A stretch of 64,000 bases of DNA from contig JACRCW010000038.1 in assembly GCA_016218805.1 (NCBI GenBank), positions 24,915 to 88,914 of the forward strand, written 5' to 3'. The DNA is from Deltaproteobacteria bacterium (GTDB lineage: Bacteria > Myxococcota > JACRCW01). The translations under genes were made by a program, and so were the position numbers. Positions 53,090 through 61,975 of this stretch are shown here, piece after piece. The notes under the pieces were generated by a model. The model was not told the DNA's origin. It saw only the letters and a list, made by a program, of their open reading frames with translations, and did not search any database. Every line of letters starts with the position of its first letter. Within the stretch, counting starts at the first letter, position 1.

Positions 53090-54691
53090 TCAGCCCGCCG
53101 CCAGGATGGCAGTGCGCGTGTCCACGCCCGCCGCGGGGAGTTCAATGGTGACCAGTGTTCCGCTCCCCGCGGTGGACCGCAGCGTCATGCGGCCACCGTG
53201 CTTCTTGATGATGTTCCGGGACACGGCGAGCCCCAGGCCCAACCCCTGGCTGACCGGTTTGGTGGTGAAGAACGGGCTGAACACGCGGGACACCAGCGCC
53301 TCCGGGATACCGCGTCCGTTGTCCTTGACCTCCACCACCACGCTGGAACCGCGCTGCATCCCCCGGATGGTGATCTGACCGGCAGCGTTGCCGTCCATCG
53401 CCTCGCCCGCGTTTGCCAGCAGGTTCACCAACACCTGCACCAGGTCACCCGCGGTGCCGCGCACTTCCAGGTCATTGGGCACCTCCACCTTGACGCGCGC
53501 CTTGCTCCGCAGCGTGCCCGCCGCAATGCGCACGGCGGACTGCACCGCCACATCCAGGGGCAGCAGCGCGTCCGGCTCGTCCAGGTTCATGCGCGCCAGC
53601 GCGTGCAGGTCCCGGACAATGTCCCGCACCTTCCCGGCGCCGCTCTCCGCGTCGCGCAGCGCGCTGCGGATTTCATCCAGGTTGGCGGCCGGGCGCCCCA
53701 GCTGCGCCAGCGCGTACTGCACGTTGTTCAGGACGTATGAAATGGGATTGTTCACGTCGTGCGCCACGCCAGCGGCCATCTGCCCCACGGTGACGTACTT
53801 GTCGGCCGCCCACACGCGCTCGCGGATGTCCTGGGTATCCAGCGCCAGTGCCGCCTCCGCGGCCAGCAGTTCGGCGCGGCGCAGGTCCTCGTCGCCAAAC
53901 TCGGACTCCACGCGGATGCGGTTGAGGCACAGCACGCCGCGCAACTCGTCCTGGTGGACCAGGGGGACCACCAGCGCGGAGCGCATGCGGCCGTTCAGCG
54001 CCCCCAGCGTGGCCGCGTCCGGGTCCAGCCCCGCCAGGCTGGTGGCTCCCAGCCGCCCGTCGTTGACCAGCACGGTGCGGCGTTCCAGCGCCGCGCGCCC
54101 GGCAATGCGCTGGCCCAGCTGGGTGAAGTTGTCGTCGCGCGCCCCGGGGGAGCAACGGACGGAATGCGCTACGTAAAGCCGGTCGTCACCCAGCGTGGGC
54201 AGCATCAGGCAACCGTCATCCGCCGCCAGGTACCGCAGCGCGGTCTCCAGAATGCGCCGGTGCAACTCCGCCGCGCCCACGCTGGCCAGCAGCGTGGCCA
54301 ACGCATTGGGGCCCGCGGACATCCGTTGCTCGTGGCGGGCCATGGCCCGTGTCAGGGCGGGGGACAGCGCAGGCTCCGCGGCGTCCCCCGGGATGACCGC
54401 CAGCACACCCGCCTGCACGCACCACAGCGCCAGCGGCGGGTCCAGCTCCGGCACGCCCAGCACAATGTCCAGGTCTGCGTTGGCCGCGCGCGCGGCCTCC
54501 AGCCAGCGCAAGGCGGGCGCCGCACCGGCCGCCGCGTCCACCCGGAGCACCACCGCATGCACCGGTGCATCTGTGCCGGTGGGGACGGCGTCTAGCAGGG
54601 ACTCCACGCAGCGCGCGTGGACCCGCCCGGTATCCAGCACCTTCAGGACCGCGTCACGCCACGCCGCACAACCCGCCACGAGGAAGTTCAT
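53090..54691 (-). CDS. GAF-domain sensor histidine kinase with N-terminal receiver-like region
   Basis: H-box GVAHDVNNPISYV, then NLLANAGEA, DNGRGIP and GLGLGLAV. The central region is GAF-like. The start overlaps the upstream EAL gene by 38 nt, so the start is uncertain. Confidence 0.75.
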   Translation of the reverse strand: MNFLVAGCAAWRDAVLKVLDTGRVHARCVESLLDAVPTGTDAPVHAVVLRVDAAAGAAPALRWLEAARAANADLDIVLGVPELDPPLALWCVQAGVLAVIPGDAAEPALSPALTRAMARHEQRMSAGPNALATLLASVGAAELHRRILETALRYLAADDGCLMLPTLGDDRLYVAHSVRCSPGARDDNFTQLGQRIAGRAALERRTVLVNDGRLGATSLAGLDPDAATLGALNGRMRSALVVPLVHQDELRGVLCLNRIRVESEFGDEDLRRAELLAAEAALALDTQDIRERVWAADKYVTVGQMAAGVAHDVNNPISYVLNNVQYALAQLGRPAANLDEIRSALRDAESGAGKVRDIVRDLHALARMNLDEPDALLPLDVAVQSAVRIAAGTLRSKARVKVEVPNDLEVRGTAGDLVQVLVNLLANAGEAMDGNAAGQITIRGMQRGSSVVVEVKDNGRGIPEALVSRVFSPFFTTKPVSQGLGLGLAVSRNIIKKHGGRMTLRSTAGSGTLVTIELPAAGVDTRTAILAAG

Positions 54692-55856
54692 TCCCGTCGC
54701 CCCTCTCGTCCCGCCCCTGGGTGGAAGCCACCAGCACTGGACCCGGCAATTCCAGCGTGGGACGTCCAAAGTGGTACCCCTGCAGCAGGTGTGCGCCGCT
54801 CGCCCGCACCACCTCCGCCTCCTCCTCGCATTCAATCCCCTCGGTGATGACCGTGGTCCCCGTGGCCTCACCAAAGCGGCACAGCATCTCCAGCAGGCGC
54901 CGCTTGCGCGGGCTCTGGTGCACGTTGCGCACAATGCTCATGTCCACCTTGAGGAAGAGCGGGTCCAACTCGGCCAGCACGCTGAGGGAGTTGTAGCCCG
55001 ACCCTACGTCATCCACCGCGATGGGGAACCCGCGGTCACCCAGCAGCTTCACGCTGGTCTCCCACTGCTCCAGCTCCGTGACCGCGCTGCGCTCGGTGAT
55101 CTCCACCACAATCCGCCGCTCCGCGCCGCGCCAGTGGTCCAGGCGCCGCCGCAACGCCTCGGTATCCTCCAGTTCCCGCGGGTGCAGGTTGACAAACAGC
55201 CGCACGTCCGGTGGCACCTTCTCCATCCACGCGCACGTGAGCCGCGCCACCGTCTCCGCCACGTCCGCCACCCGGTCGCAGCGCTCGGCCGCGTCCAGGA
55301 TCTGCATGGGTCCCTTCAGCACCGGATGCGTGCTGCGCAGCAGCAGTTCGTACGCAAACAGCTCACTACCCATCGCCTGCACAATGGGCTGCACGGCCAG
55401 CCGTGCGGCGCCGGCCAGTGTTTCGGTCAGGGCCTGGTGCAGCGCTGCATCCGCCTCCCGCGCGCGCAGCCCCAGCAGCGTCTCCATCTGCCGGTGCGCG
55501 TGCAGTGACTCATCCACCATGCGCGTCAGCTGCGCCTCATCAAACGGCTTGGTCAGGATCCGCGTCACTTCCCCGCAGTTCACCGCCTCCGTGAGCATGG
55601 GGACGGCCAGGGAGCCGGACATCAGCACCCGCGCGCACGCGGGCTGCTTCAGGCGGATCTCGTTGAGCACCCACAGCCCGTCCGGCGGCGGGATGCCGTA
55701 ATCCACCAGGGCCACGTCAAACCGGTCCTGCGCCAGCGCCGCCACCGCGCCCAGGCCGTCCACCGCACTCCGCGGCCGGTGCCCTCCCGCCGCAAGGATC
55801 CGCTCCACCATCCGGCACAGTTCGGGCTGGTCATCCACCACAAGCACGGCGGCCAT
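54654..55856 (-). CDS. Response regulator: receiver + EAL phosphodiesterase domain
   Basis: REC: VLVVDDQ...VALVDYGIPPPDG...ILTKP. EAL motifs YELLLR, FVNLH, VVEITER, AVDDVGSGYNSL, FLKVD, ITEGIE and LLQGYHFGRP are all present. Confidence 0.85.
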   Translation of the reverse strand: MAAVLVVDDQPELCRMVERILAAGGHRPRSAVDGLGAVAALAQDRFDVALVDYGIPPPDGLWVLNEIRLKQPACARVLMSGSLAVPMLTEAVNCGEVTRILTKPFDEAQLTRMVDESLHAHRQMETLLGLRAREADAALHQALTETLAGAARLAVQPIVQAMGSELFAYELLLRSTHPVLKGPMQILDAAERCDRVADVAETVARLTCAWMEKVPPDVRLFVNLHPRELEDTEALRRRLDHWRGAERRIVVEITERSAVTELEQWETSVKLLGDRGFPIAVDDVGSGYNSLSVLAELDPLFLKVDMSIVRNVHQSPRKRRLLEMLCRFGEATGTTVITEGIECEEEAEVVRASGAHLLQGYHFGRPTLELPGPVLVASTQGRDERGDGNELPRGGLCGVA

Positions 55857-55938
55857 TGGCGCCTCCTGACCCGGAACCTGCCCCGGCCGTCCTTCCTAAT
55901 CGGCCGTGCCCGGTCCGCGGATAAGGGCCGCCGCCCGA

Positions 55939-57414
55939 TCAGTGGATGTCCTCCTCGGTTTCGCCGCCCCGCGGCTCCGCCCCGGCGCGGCCACGGCTGT
56001 CCTGCAGGCCGTGCCGCTTGAGCATCCGCCACAGCGTCTTGCGGTCCAGACCCGCGTGGGCGGCCGCATCCGACATGCGGTCAAATGCCGCCAGCAACGT
56101 CCGGAAATACTCAAGATCAAACGCCTGCAGCGCCGCGTTGCGCGCCTCCATGTATCCCTGCGCGGGTGGCGCAGCGCGGCCATCTGCCGCGGGTGCGGCC
56201 GGCGGCGGCGCGCGCGGTGGCGGCGCGGCCACGCTGTCCTCCAACGCCAGGTCCTGAGCGCCAATGGCCGGTCCAATGCACACGGCTGCCGCACTGAACA
56301 CCGTGGCCTGCAGCTCGCGGATGTTGCCCGGCCAGGTGTGCCGCAGCAGCAGGTCGGTGGCCTCAGGCGAGAACGCCACCGCGGAGCTGCCCACCTCCTC
56401 GCGCGCGCGCTCCAGGAACAGGCGTGCCAGCATCAGGATGTCGTCAGGGCGCTCGCGCAACGGGGGCAGGCGCACGCGCGCCACCTTCAAGCGGTAATAG
56501 AGGTCTTCGCGGAACTGCCCATCCCGCACCATCTGCTGGAGATCCCGGTGGGTGGCCGCCACCACGCGCACATTGACGCGCACCGGTTGCACACAGCCCA
56601 CCGGGCGCACCTCTTTCTCCTGCAGCACCCGCAGCAGCTTGGCCTGCGCCCCCGCCGCCAGGTCACCAATCTCATCCAGAAACAGCGTGCCGCCATCCGC
56701 CGCACGCACCAGGCCGGCGTGGTCCTTCTGCGCGCCGGTGAAGCTGCCTTTTTCGTGTCCAAACAGCTCGCTGTCCACCAGGCTGTCCGTCAGCGCCGAG
56801 CAGTTCACCGCCACCATGGGCCCCGCCGCGCGCCGGCTGAGCGCGTGCAGCGCGCGCGCCACCAACTCCTTGCCGGTTCCCGTTTCCCCAACCACCAGGA
56901 CCGGCAGCTCAGTCCGGGCCAGCTGCGGCAGAGCGCCCACCGCCTGCAGGAACGCGGGTGACCGCCCCACCAGACCCGGCAGCTTGCACTCCGCGCGCGG
57001 CGCCACCTCGGTGAGCCCACGCGCCAGCGCCAGCTGCGCGGCCAGCGTGTGGGCATGCTTCAACAACAACTCCAGTTCCGGCAGCGCAAACGGCTTGCGC
57101 AGGAACAGCGTGGCGCCCTCCACCAGCAGCCGCTCAATGTCGTTAAGGCTGGCCACCGCGCTCATCACCAGCACCGGGATCCACGGCTGGCGCTGCCGCA
57201 CCCGCTTCACCACGTCATGCCCCGTGGCCCCGGCCATGCGGATGTCTGTCACCACCAGATCAAACGCATCCAAGTCGTCCAACAGGATGAGCGCTTCATC
57301 GCCGGACGCGGCCGTCGTGAGGTCAAATCCTCCCATGGAATTCATGATCCGCTCGAACACGCGCAGGATGGGCGCTTCGTCATCCACCACCAGGCAACGA
57401 ACAACCTGTTCCAT
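55939..57414 (-). CDS. NtrC-family sigma-54-dependent response regulator
   Basis: REC: CLVVDDE...VVTDIRMAGATG...FLRKP. AAA+: [43 protein letters not shown]-terminal HTH (AAHAGLDRKTLWRMLKRHG). Confidence 0.9.
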   Translation of the reverse strand: MEQVVRCLVVDDEAPILRVFERIMNSMGGFDLTTAASGDEALILLDDLDAFDLVVTDIRMAGATGHDVVKRVRQRQPWIPVLVMSAVASLNDIERLLVEGATLFLRKPFALPELELLLKHAHTLAAQLALARGLTEVAPRAECKLPGLVGRSPAFLQAVGALPQLARTELPVLVVGETGTGKELVARALHALSRRAAGPMVAVNCSALTDSLVDSELFGHEKGSFTGAQKDHAGLVRAADGGTLFLDEIGDLAAGAQAKLLRVLQEKEVRPVGCVQPVRVNVRVVAATHRDLQQMVRDGQFREDLYYRLKVARVRLPPLRERPDDILMLARLFLERAREEVGSSAVAFSPEATDLLLRHTWPGNIRELQATVFSAAAVCIGPAIGAQDLALEDSVAAPPPRAPPPAAPAADGRAAPPAQGYMEARNAALQAFDLEYFRTLLAAFDRMSDAAAHAGLDRKTLWRMLKRHGLQDSRGRAGAEPRGGETEEDIH

Positions 57415-57577
57415 GGCCGCGCATCCTGTCGCGCGGGACCGCGGTTTGCCAATGCCCCGCGGCTGCGTGGCCGCGCGGCCGCACGCCGGGCAGCGCGAGG
57501 CCCGCGCGCCACGCGCAACAGGGTGACTCACCGCCCCCAGCCTCAGTGATCCCGCCGATCTCCGCGCTGCGGGGATC

Positions 57578-57593
57578 TGGCCCCGCGCGTGCT
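57578..57593 (+). promoter_or_regulatory. Candidate sigma-54 (-24/-12) promoter upstream of second fliA-like gene
   Basis: TGGCCCC-GCGC-GTGCT with correct GG-N10-GC spacing, about 35 nt upstream of the proposed TTG start. Divergent from the NtrC-type regulator. Confidence 0.45.
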
Positions 57594-57628
57594 CTGGGCG
57601 CTTGCACCACGTGCCCCAGAGGTGTCCC

Positions 57629-58342
57629 TTGTCCATTGCCCGCCTCACCTTCCACCGAGCCACGCCCCGTCCCCCGCGCGATGACGGCTCCGCCGCGGTC
57701 CAGGCCCACGGCGCGCTGTTGCAGCGCTGCGTGCGCGTGGCCGTGGCGCGCACCCGGATGTGGCACCTGCGGGATGACTTCTGGGTGGCCGGCGCCATGG
57801 CGTTGCTGGACGCCCGGGGACGCTGGGAGCCCGCCCGCGGCGTGCCGTTCGCAGTGTTTGCGGAGCGCCGCATCCGTGGCGCCATTGTGGATGAGCTGCG
57901 GCGCCATGATCACCTGCCGCGCCGCCTGCGCCTGCGCGCCAACACCGTGCGGCACGGGCGTGACGGCCTGCGCATGACGCTGGGACGCGAACCCACCGGT
58001 GACGAGGTCTCCGCGCACGTGGGGATGGCGCCGGACCTGCTGAGCCGGATTGACGCGGTGGCCACACCGCCCGCGCCATTGGACGAACTTCCGGCCGTGG
58101 CACAGGACGGGGACACGGCGATGGAGCACCTGCAACGCCGCCAGGACCGCGAAGCGGTGGCCATGGCCGTGTCGACCCTGCCGGACCGCCTGCGGGGTCT
58201 GGTGCGCATGCGTTACGTGGAGGGCCTCTCCAGCAGTGAAATCGCCCGGCGGATGGGTGTGAGCGAACCGCGCGTCAGCCAACTGCACGCCAGCGCCATC
58301 AAGCGCCTGCGCTCGGCCATGGGCGGTCAGCGCCGTTTGTGA
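57629..58342 (+). CDS. Second FliA/WhiG-family (sigma-28-like) sigma factor
   Basis: Paralogous to the fliA at 22984-23676: MALLDARGRWEPARGVPFAVFAERRIRGAIVDELRRHDHLPRRLR and LVRMRYVEGLSSSEIARRMGVSEPRVSQLHASAIKRL. Start taken at the TTG 4 nt after AGAGGTG; TTG 57602 and GTG 57611 are alternatives. Confidence 0.8.
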   Translation: MSIARLTFHRATPRPPRDDGSAAVQAHGALLQRCVRVAVARTRMWHLRDDFWVAGAMALLDARGRWEPARGVPFAVFAERRIRGAIVDELRRHDHLPRRLRLRANTVRHGRDGLRMTLGREPTGDEVSAHVGMAPDLLSRIDAVATPPAPLDELPAVAQDGDTAMEHLQRRQDREAVAMAVSTLPDRLRGLVRMRYVEGLSSSEIARRMGVSEPRVSQLHASAIKRLRSAMGGQRRL

Positions 58343-58412
58343 ACCCAATCAAACCCAACTCCAGGCTTCAGGCGGTGGACCATGGCGGCGGCCCTTCCCC
58401 GGCACGCAGGTT

Positions 58413-58829
58413 TCAACGCCCAGGGGCCGCCCGGACAAACGCCGCAAATACGTGGTCCTCCCCTGCGATGTGATTGACGAGCAGCCCTACCAGCCACCGG
58501 TTGAGCTGGATCACCAGCTCCTCGCCGGCGCCTTCTTCCGCGAGCAAACCTGACAGTTCGCTCAGGCTGCGGAGCAAGAACTGGTGCGATTCCCTGTGTG
58601 CGCTCCGGTTGGGGTAGCGGATCACCTCCTGAAGACGCTCCTCTGCGGCAAAGTGCTCGACGACAAGACCCTGCATGAACACCAGCAGGGTCTTTGCCTC
58701 CTCCGCGCCCTTTCCCTTGACGCACGCCTCAAACAAGGCGTTGGCGCGCCGGAAGATCTCCCTGTGTTGCTCGTCCACCTCTTCAACCCCGGTCAAGAGG
58801 CCGGGCGGCCAATCGAAACGGACTGTCAT
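58413..58829 (-). CDS. Bacteriohemerythrin-like protein
   Basis: 138 aa. [35 protein letters not shown] and NHIAGEDH look like hemerythrin His/Glu iron ligand motifs. Confidence 0.75.
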   Translation of the reverse strand: MTVRFDWPPGLLTGVEEVDEQHREIFRRANALFEACVKGKGAEEAKTLLVFMQGLVVEHFAAEERLQEVIRYPNRSAHRESHQFLLRSLSELSGLLAEEGAGEELVIQLNRWLVGLLVNHIAGEDHVFAAFVRAAPGR

Positions 58830-59187
58830 ACCGCGACTCCCGGGCCCCACCCCGGAACAGACCACGTTCCAGATGCCCGTGCCAAGGCCGGGCATCGCCG
58901 GGCACACGCGCGCGCCAGCGACGTCGTTATCGACGTCATCAAGTCCGCTTCCGTCACGACGAGGTGCAGCCGGGGAGGCCCGGCCGCAGGCCGCCCGGCG
59001 GTGGACGCCAGCGCGTGGGACACGCGCCCTCACGCAGTGGACCCAACTGCTGATGAATCACCTCGCGCCACCCAACGCGGACTGGAAGCGGAGTCGGTAT
59101 TCTGCCCACTGGACAACGCCAGGACGCGGCGTAACCATGCCGCGCCGCGCTGGGCAGCACGGCAATCGAGGCGGGAGGCCGCACCGC

Positions 59188-61608
59188 ATGCGCGCCGCAG
59201 GTGATCTGGTGGACCGCTCCAGCGTGTTGGTGCTGGAACGGATCAGCCGCGCCGCCGCCGCCGCATGCATGGCGGTTGGGGCGGTGGTCCTCCTGGGCTG
59301 GGCGCTGAGCATCCCCGTTCTCACCAGCCTGCACAGTGACCTCATTGCCATGAAGGCCAACACGGCGCTGGGGTTGTTCCTGATTGGCGTGGCCGTGTGG
59401 CGCGTCCCCGCTGGGACGGGGCGGCCCCGCTGGCTCCTGGCCGCGTGCGGGGCGGTGCTTGCCTCCCTGGGCGGCTCCACGCTGGCGGAAGACGTGGCCG
59501 GGCTGGACCTGGGAATTGACCAGTTGTTGTTCCAGGAGGCACCGGGCGCCATCGGGACGGTGTCTCCCGGGCGGATGTCTCCCATCACCGCATTGTGTTT
59601 CCTGTTGCTGGGCGCGGCGCTCCTGCTGGTTGACGCGAAAACCAAGGAGGGATGGCGTCCAGCGCAGGCCCTGGCACTGGGCGCGGGAGCCCTTTCGTGC
59701 CTGGCCGTTGCCGGGCACCTGTACGACGTGGACGCGCTGTGGAGGACCGGTGCCTACACCCCAATGGCCATCCACACCGCCATCTCCGTGGCCATTGGCA
59801 GCTTTGGGCTCCTGGCCGCGCGGCCCCTGGACGGCGTGATGGCGGTGGTGACCAGCGCCACCAGCGCGGGAGCGCTTGCGCGGACACTGGTCCCCTCGGT
59901 GATGACGGCGCCATTCGTGATTGGCGGACTGCGAACCGCCGGCGTCCACACTGGCCTGATGGGTGACAGTTTTGGTGCGGCGCTCGTCGCCGTTGCCAAC
60001 GCCGTATGCATCACGGGCCTGGCGTGGTGGGCCGTGTTGTGCATGCACCGCTCGGAACTGGCGCTGCAACAGGCTGGCGAGTCACTGCGCCTCAGCGAAG
60101 AAAAATACCGCACGATGTTCGAAAACGCCGCCGTGGGGATGTTCCGCGCGCGCCTGGATGGGAACGCAATTATCGACGCCAACCGCAAGAGCGCACAGAT
60201 TCTCGGCACCACGCCGGAGCAGATGATCGGCAAGCCGGCTGCGGGCTTCTATCAGGACAGGGCCCGGAGTGAGGCGTTCGCGCGTGCGTTGCAGACCCAG
60301 GGGGCGGTTGAGGAGTTTGAACTGGAATTGGTCCATGCCACCGGTCAGTCACGGACCGTGCTGGTCTCCGCCCGCGCCGACGTCGTCCAGGGATTCGTTG
60401 AGGGTACCCTGGTAGACGTGACGGAGCGCAAGCAGGTGGCTGCCGCACTGGCCGCCAGCGAACTGCGCTTCCGCACGCTGGTGGAGCAGGCGTCGGATGG
60501 CATCGTCGTCATGGACCACAACGGGCGCTGCGTGGACGTCAACCCGGCCGCTTGCGCCATGCTGGGCTACACGCGTGAGGAGTTGCTCACCCAGAACCTG
60601 ACGGAGATGTTGGCGCCAGGACACCGCGCGGTCGCGCCGCTCCGGCTGCCTGAGGTCCCTGACGGAGAGACCGTCCGCACTGAGGGCGAGTTGCGCCGCA
60701 AGGACGGCCGGCACCTCAGCGTAGAACTCAGCGGCCGGATGCTGGCGGATGGCCGGTTCCAGGCCATTGTCCGTGACGTGTCCGAACGGAGGCACGCCGA
60801 GGCGGAACTGGCGCGTTCGCTGGCGGAACTGGAGCGCTCCAACAAGGAACTGGAGCAGTTCGCTTACGTGGCCTCGCATGACCTGCAGGAGCCGCTCCGC
60901 ATGGTCTCCAGCTACACGCAGCTGCTGGCCAAGCGATATGAAGGCCAGCTGGACGACAAAGCGACGTCCTACATTGCCTACGCCGTGGACGGTGCGGTGC
61001 GCATGCAGCGCCTGATCAACGACCTGCTGGCGTACTCGCGCGTGAGCAAGGGCAGTGCGCCCATGCAACCCGTGGACACCCACGCCGCGCTGGATGAAGC
61101 CCTGCGAAACCTCAAGACCGCCATGGAGGAGAGCGGCGCACAAGTCACCCATGACCACCTTCCCACGGTGCGCGCCAACGCCGCCCAGCTGACCCAGCTG
61201 TTCCAGAACCTGGTTGGCAACGCCATCAAGTTCCACGGGGCGTCTCCGCCGCGCGTCCACGTCAACGCTGTGGAGTCAGATGGGGGATGGCACTTCTCGG
61301 TCGCTGACAACGGCATCGGCATTGACGCGCGCTACGCGGAACGCGTCTTTGTCATTTTCCAGCGTCTCCACACGCGCCAGGAATACGACGGCACGGGAAT
61401 CGGGCTGGCCGTCTGCAAGCGCATCGTGGAGCGCCACGGCGGCCGGATCTGGTTCGAGTCCGAGTTGGGAAAGGGCACGACGTTCCACTTCACGGTCCCC
61501 AAGAAGGAAGGAAGCGCCCATGACAGCAACACCCAAAACCAAACCGATCGAGATCCTGCTGGTGGAGGACAACCCGGGAGACGTGGAGCTGGCGAAGGAC
61601 GCGTTTGA
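59188..61608 (+). CDS. Membrane sensor histidine kinase (multi-TM N-domain, two PAS, HisKA, HATPase)
   Basis: ATG 59188 lies 9 nt after GGGAGG (ATG 59137 is an alternative). About 7-8 hydrophobic helices and two PAS domains. H-box [32 protein letters not shown] and GTGIGLAVC. Confidence 0.85.
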   Translation: MRAAGDLVDRSSVLVLERISRAAAAACMAVGAVVLLGWALSIPVLTSLHSDLIAMKANTALGLFLIGVAVWRVPAGTGRPRWLLAACGAVLASLGGSTLAEDVAGLDLGIDQLLFQEAPGAIGTVSPGRMSPITALCFLLLGAALLLVDAKTKEGWRPAQALALGAGALSCLAVAGHLYDVDALWRTGAYTPMAIHTAISVAIGSFGLLAARPLDGVMAVVTSATSAGALARTLVPSVMTAPFVIGGLRTAGVHTGLMGDSFGAALVAVANAVCITGLAWWAVLCMHRSELALQQAGESLRLSEEKYRTMFENAAVGMFRARLDGNAIIDANRKSAQILGTTPEQMIGKPAAGFYQDRARSEAFARALQTQGAVEEFELELVHATGQSRTVLVSARADVVQGFVEGTLVDVTERKQVAAALAASELRFRTLVEQASDGIVVMDHNGRCVDVNPAACAMLGYTREELLTQNLTEMLAPGHRAVAPLRLPEVPDGETVRTEGELRRKDGRHLSVELSGRMLADGRFQAIVRDVSERRHAEAELARSLAELERSNKELEQFAYVASHDLQEPLRMVSSYTQLLAKRYEGQLDDKATSYIAYAVDGAVRMQRLINDLLAYSRVSKGSAPMQPVDTHAALDEALRNLKTAMEESGAQVTHDHLPTVRANAAQLTQLFQNLVGNAIKFHGASPPRVHVNAVESDGGWHFSVADNGIGIDARYAERVFVIFQRLHTRQEYDGTGIGLAVCKRIVERHGGRIWFESELGKGTTFHFTVPKKEGSAHDSNTQNQTDRDPAGGGQPGRRGAGEGRV

Positions 61609-61975
61609 GTCCAGCAAGGTATGCAACCGGCTGTATGCCGTCAGCGACGGCGTGGAGGCGATGGAGTTCCTCAAGCGCCAGGGGAGGTTCCACACAGCCC
61701 CACGTCCCGGCCTGGTCCTGCTGGACCTCAACCTGCCCAGGATGGACGGGCGAGAACTCCTTGCTGCCATCAAGTCAGACGACGACCTCAAACGCATCCC
61801 GGTGGTCATCCTGACCACGTCAAGAGAGGCGGAGGACGTGCTGCGGACCTACAACCTGCACGCCAACTGCTACATCACCAAGCCCATTGAACTGTCCCAG
61901 TTCCTGCGGGTGGTGCAGTCCATTGAGGACTTCTGGCTGACGGTGGCCACGCTCCCCAATGGAGCCGCGGCATGA
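61520..61975 (+). CDS. Single-domain CheY-like response regulator (Rcp1-like)
   Basis: [52 protein letters not shown]. The start lies inside the 3' end of the kinase gene. Confidence 0.85.
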   Translation: MTATPKTKPIEILLVEDNPGDVELAKDAFESSKVCNRLYAVSDGVEAMEFLKRQGRFHTAPRPGLVLLDLNLPRMDGRELLAAIKSDDDLKRIPVVILTTSREAEDVLRTYNLHANCYITKPIELSQFLRVVQSIEDFWLTVATLPNGAAA

